Assembly: GCF_044340635.1 (NCBI RefSeq)
Contig: NZ_JBIITF010000004.1
Location: 153,731-217,730 of the forward strand
Reading direction: 5' to 3'
From: Microbacterium sp.
Lineage (GTDB): Bacteria; Actinomycetota; Actinomycetes; Actinomycetales; Microbacteriaceae
DNA: 64,000 bases
Part shown: positions 63,042-64,000 of the stretch, one piece after another
How positions within the stretch are numbered: the first letter of the stretch is position 1
Layout of the letters: every line of letters begins with the position of its first letter
Program-made: the position numbers and the translations under genes
The notes under the pieces: model-generated
Seen by the model: the letters and a program-made list of their open reading frames with translations, nothing else
What the model was told of the DNA's origin: nothing
Database searches by the model: none

Positions 63042-64000
63042 TCACACATCGCGGAGCGAACTGCGGCCGCTCTCGAAAGCCGCGAGCATCTCGTCCCCGA
63101 CCCAGCCGTCGACGGTCAGGCAAGCGGCAGCGCCGAACATGATGTCTCCGAGAAGATCCGGTCGATCCTCGGCGAGTCCACCCGCAAGGTCTCGCCCCGC
63201 GATCTGTTCGTGCACCGCGTCGGCTTCGACATGCTCGTCGAAGTAGTGAGTGGCTTCGGGTCCGAAGCCGAGGCGCCGGAATCCGTCGCCGTACATGCGG
63301 TTCGGCAGCGACGAGGTCATCTCGAACGCCGCGAGATGACCCACGATGGCGCCGACCAGGCGTCGATTCAGACCGAACATCGACATCATGTTCAGCGAGG
63401 CCAGGGTGACGGCCGGCACGGCGTCCAGATACGCACCGTAGGTGTCATCGAGCCCTGCCGCGCGCACGGTTCGCGCGAAGATCCGCGAGTGCATCCGCGA
63501 GAGGTCGCCGCTGCCGTACTCGTCCGACTGGATCTCGACGAGGGCCGCCTTCGACGCGCCCGTCAGGCGAGGGATCGCCCAGGAGTGCGGGTCCGCCTCG
63601 CGAAGCGTGTAGACACTGCGCTGAATCAGGAACTCGCGCAGCTGTTCGCCCGTCGCCTTCTTCGCGACGAATCGCGACAGGCTCGGACCCGGTGTCGGCG
63701 CGGTCAGCGCGAACAGGGCGCGCGCGACCCCGTCGCGGGTCGGTACTGGTGGCGCGGGCGTCTCGACACGCTCGCGCAGCATTTCTTCGAAGGCGCGCTC
63801 CAGCATGCCGCGCGTGGCGATGAGCATGGGATGCCACTCCCAGCCCGCGTCGATGACGTCGAGGGATCCGTAGTGGCTGGCGTAGAGCAAGAACAGGGCG
63901 AGTTGGACGTCGTCGTCGCGGGCCAGGTCGGATGCCTCGGCGAGCGCCCGGGCGGCGAACCCGACCACATCGCCGATCTCGGCCGTAGCGGGGTTCTGTG
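63042..64000 (-). CDS. Iron-containing redox enzyme / heme-oxygenase-like diiron oxidase; 5' end outside the window
   Basis: EIQSDEYGSG...RMHS, HLAAFEMTS, FDEHVEADAVHEQ; frame stays open to the window edge. Confidence 0.85.
   Translation of the reverse strand, partial: QNPATAEIGDVVGFAARALAEASDLARDDDVQLALFLLYASHYGSLDVIDAGWEWHPMLIATRGMLERAFEEMLRERVETPAPPVPTRDGVARALFALTAPTPGPSLSRFVAKKATGEQLREFLIQRSVYTLREADPHSWAIPRLTGASKAALVEIQSDEYGSGDLSRMHSRIFARTVRAAGLDDTYGAYLDAVPAVTLASLNMMSMFGLNRRLVGAIVGHLAAFEMTSSLPNRMYGDGFRRLGFGPEATHYFDEHVEADAVHEQIAGRDLAGGLAEDRPDLLGDIMFGAAACLTVDGWVGDEMLAAFESGRSSLRDV

Overview
High-GC (about 70% by eye) actinobacterial chromosome segment. Gene content and order point to Microbacteriaceae, probably Microbacterium (inference). 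Most of it is core or semi-core: dkgA, hrpA, acdS, an HspR-boxed ClpC paralogue, nhaA-DsbA fusion, ligB, the class Ib nrdHIEF operon, tRNA-Ala(CGC), the rimJ-galU-5FTHF-fmdB-mscL block, an actP/ramA-like locus, lsr2, and a four-glycosyltransferase operon facing a CDGSH plus heme-oxygenase-like diiron enzyme pair. I see no integrase, DDE transposase, prophage or CRISPR. The most striking signal is a family of three hairpins, each 90 bp long. Two bracket a DUF559/Vsr-like PD-(D/E)XK nuclease gene (38223-39359) and the third sits in frame, codon-aligned, inside hrpA (3944-4033), next to a second REP-type hairpin. This suggests a REP/RAYT-like element mobilised by a DUF559 nuclease that can add sequence to proteins (inference). 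Other highlights: a 1246-aa DUF4011-type helicase-Vsr protein with its ATPase motifs degenerated, an Ogt homologue with Cys->Val next to a Tag lacking three Zn ligands, a DoxX-bicupin-acdS-DoxX block, a divergent nitrilase-fold protein, and DnaA boxes plus NrdR boxes upstream of nrdH. All family calls come from motif recognition and recalled reference sequences; no database search was run.
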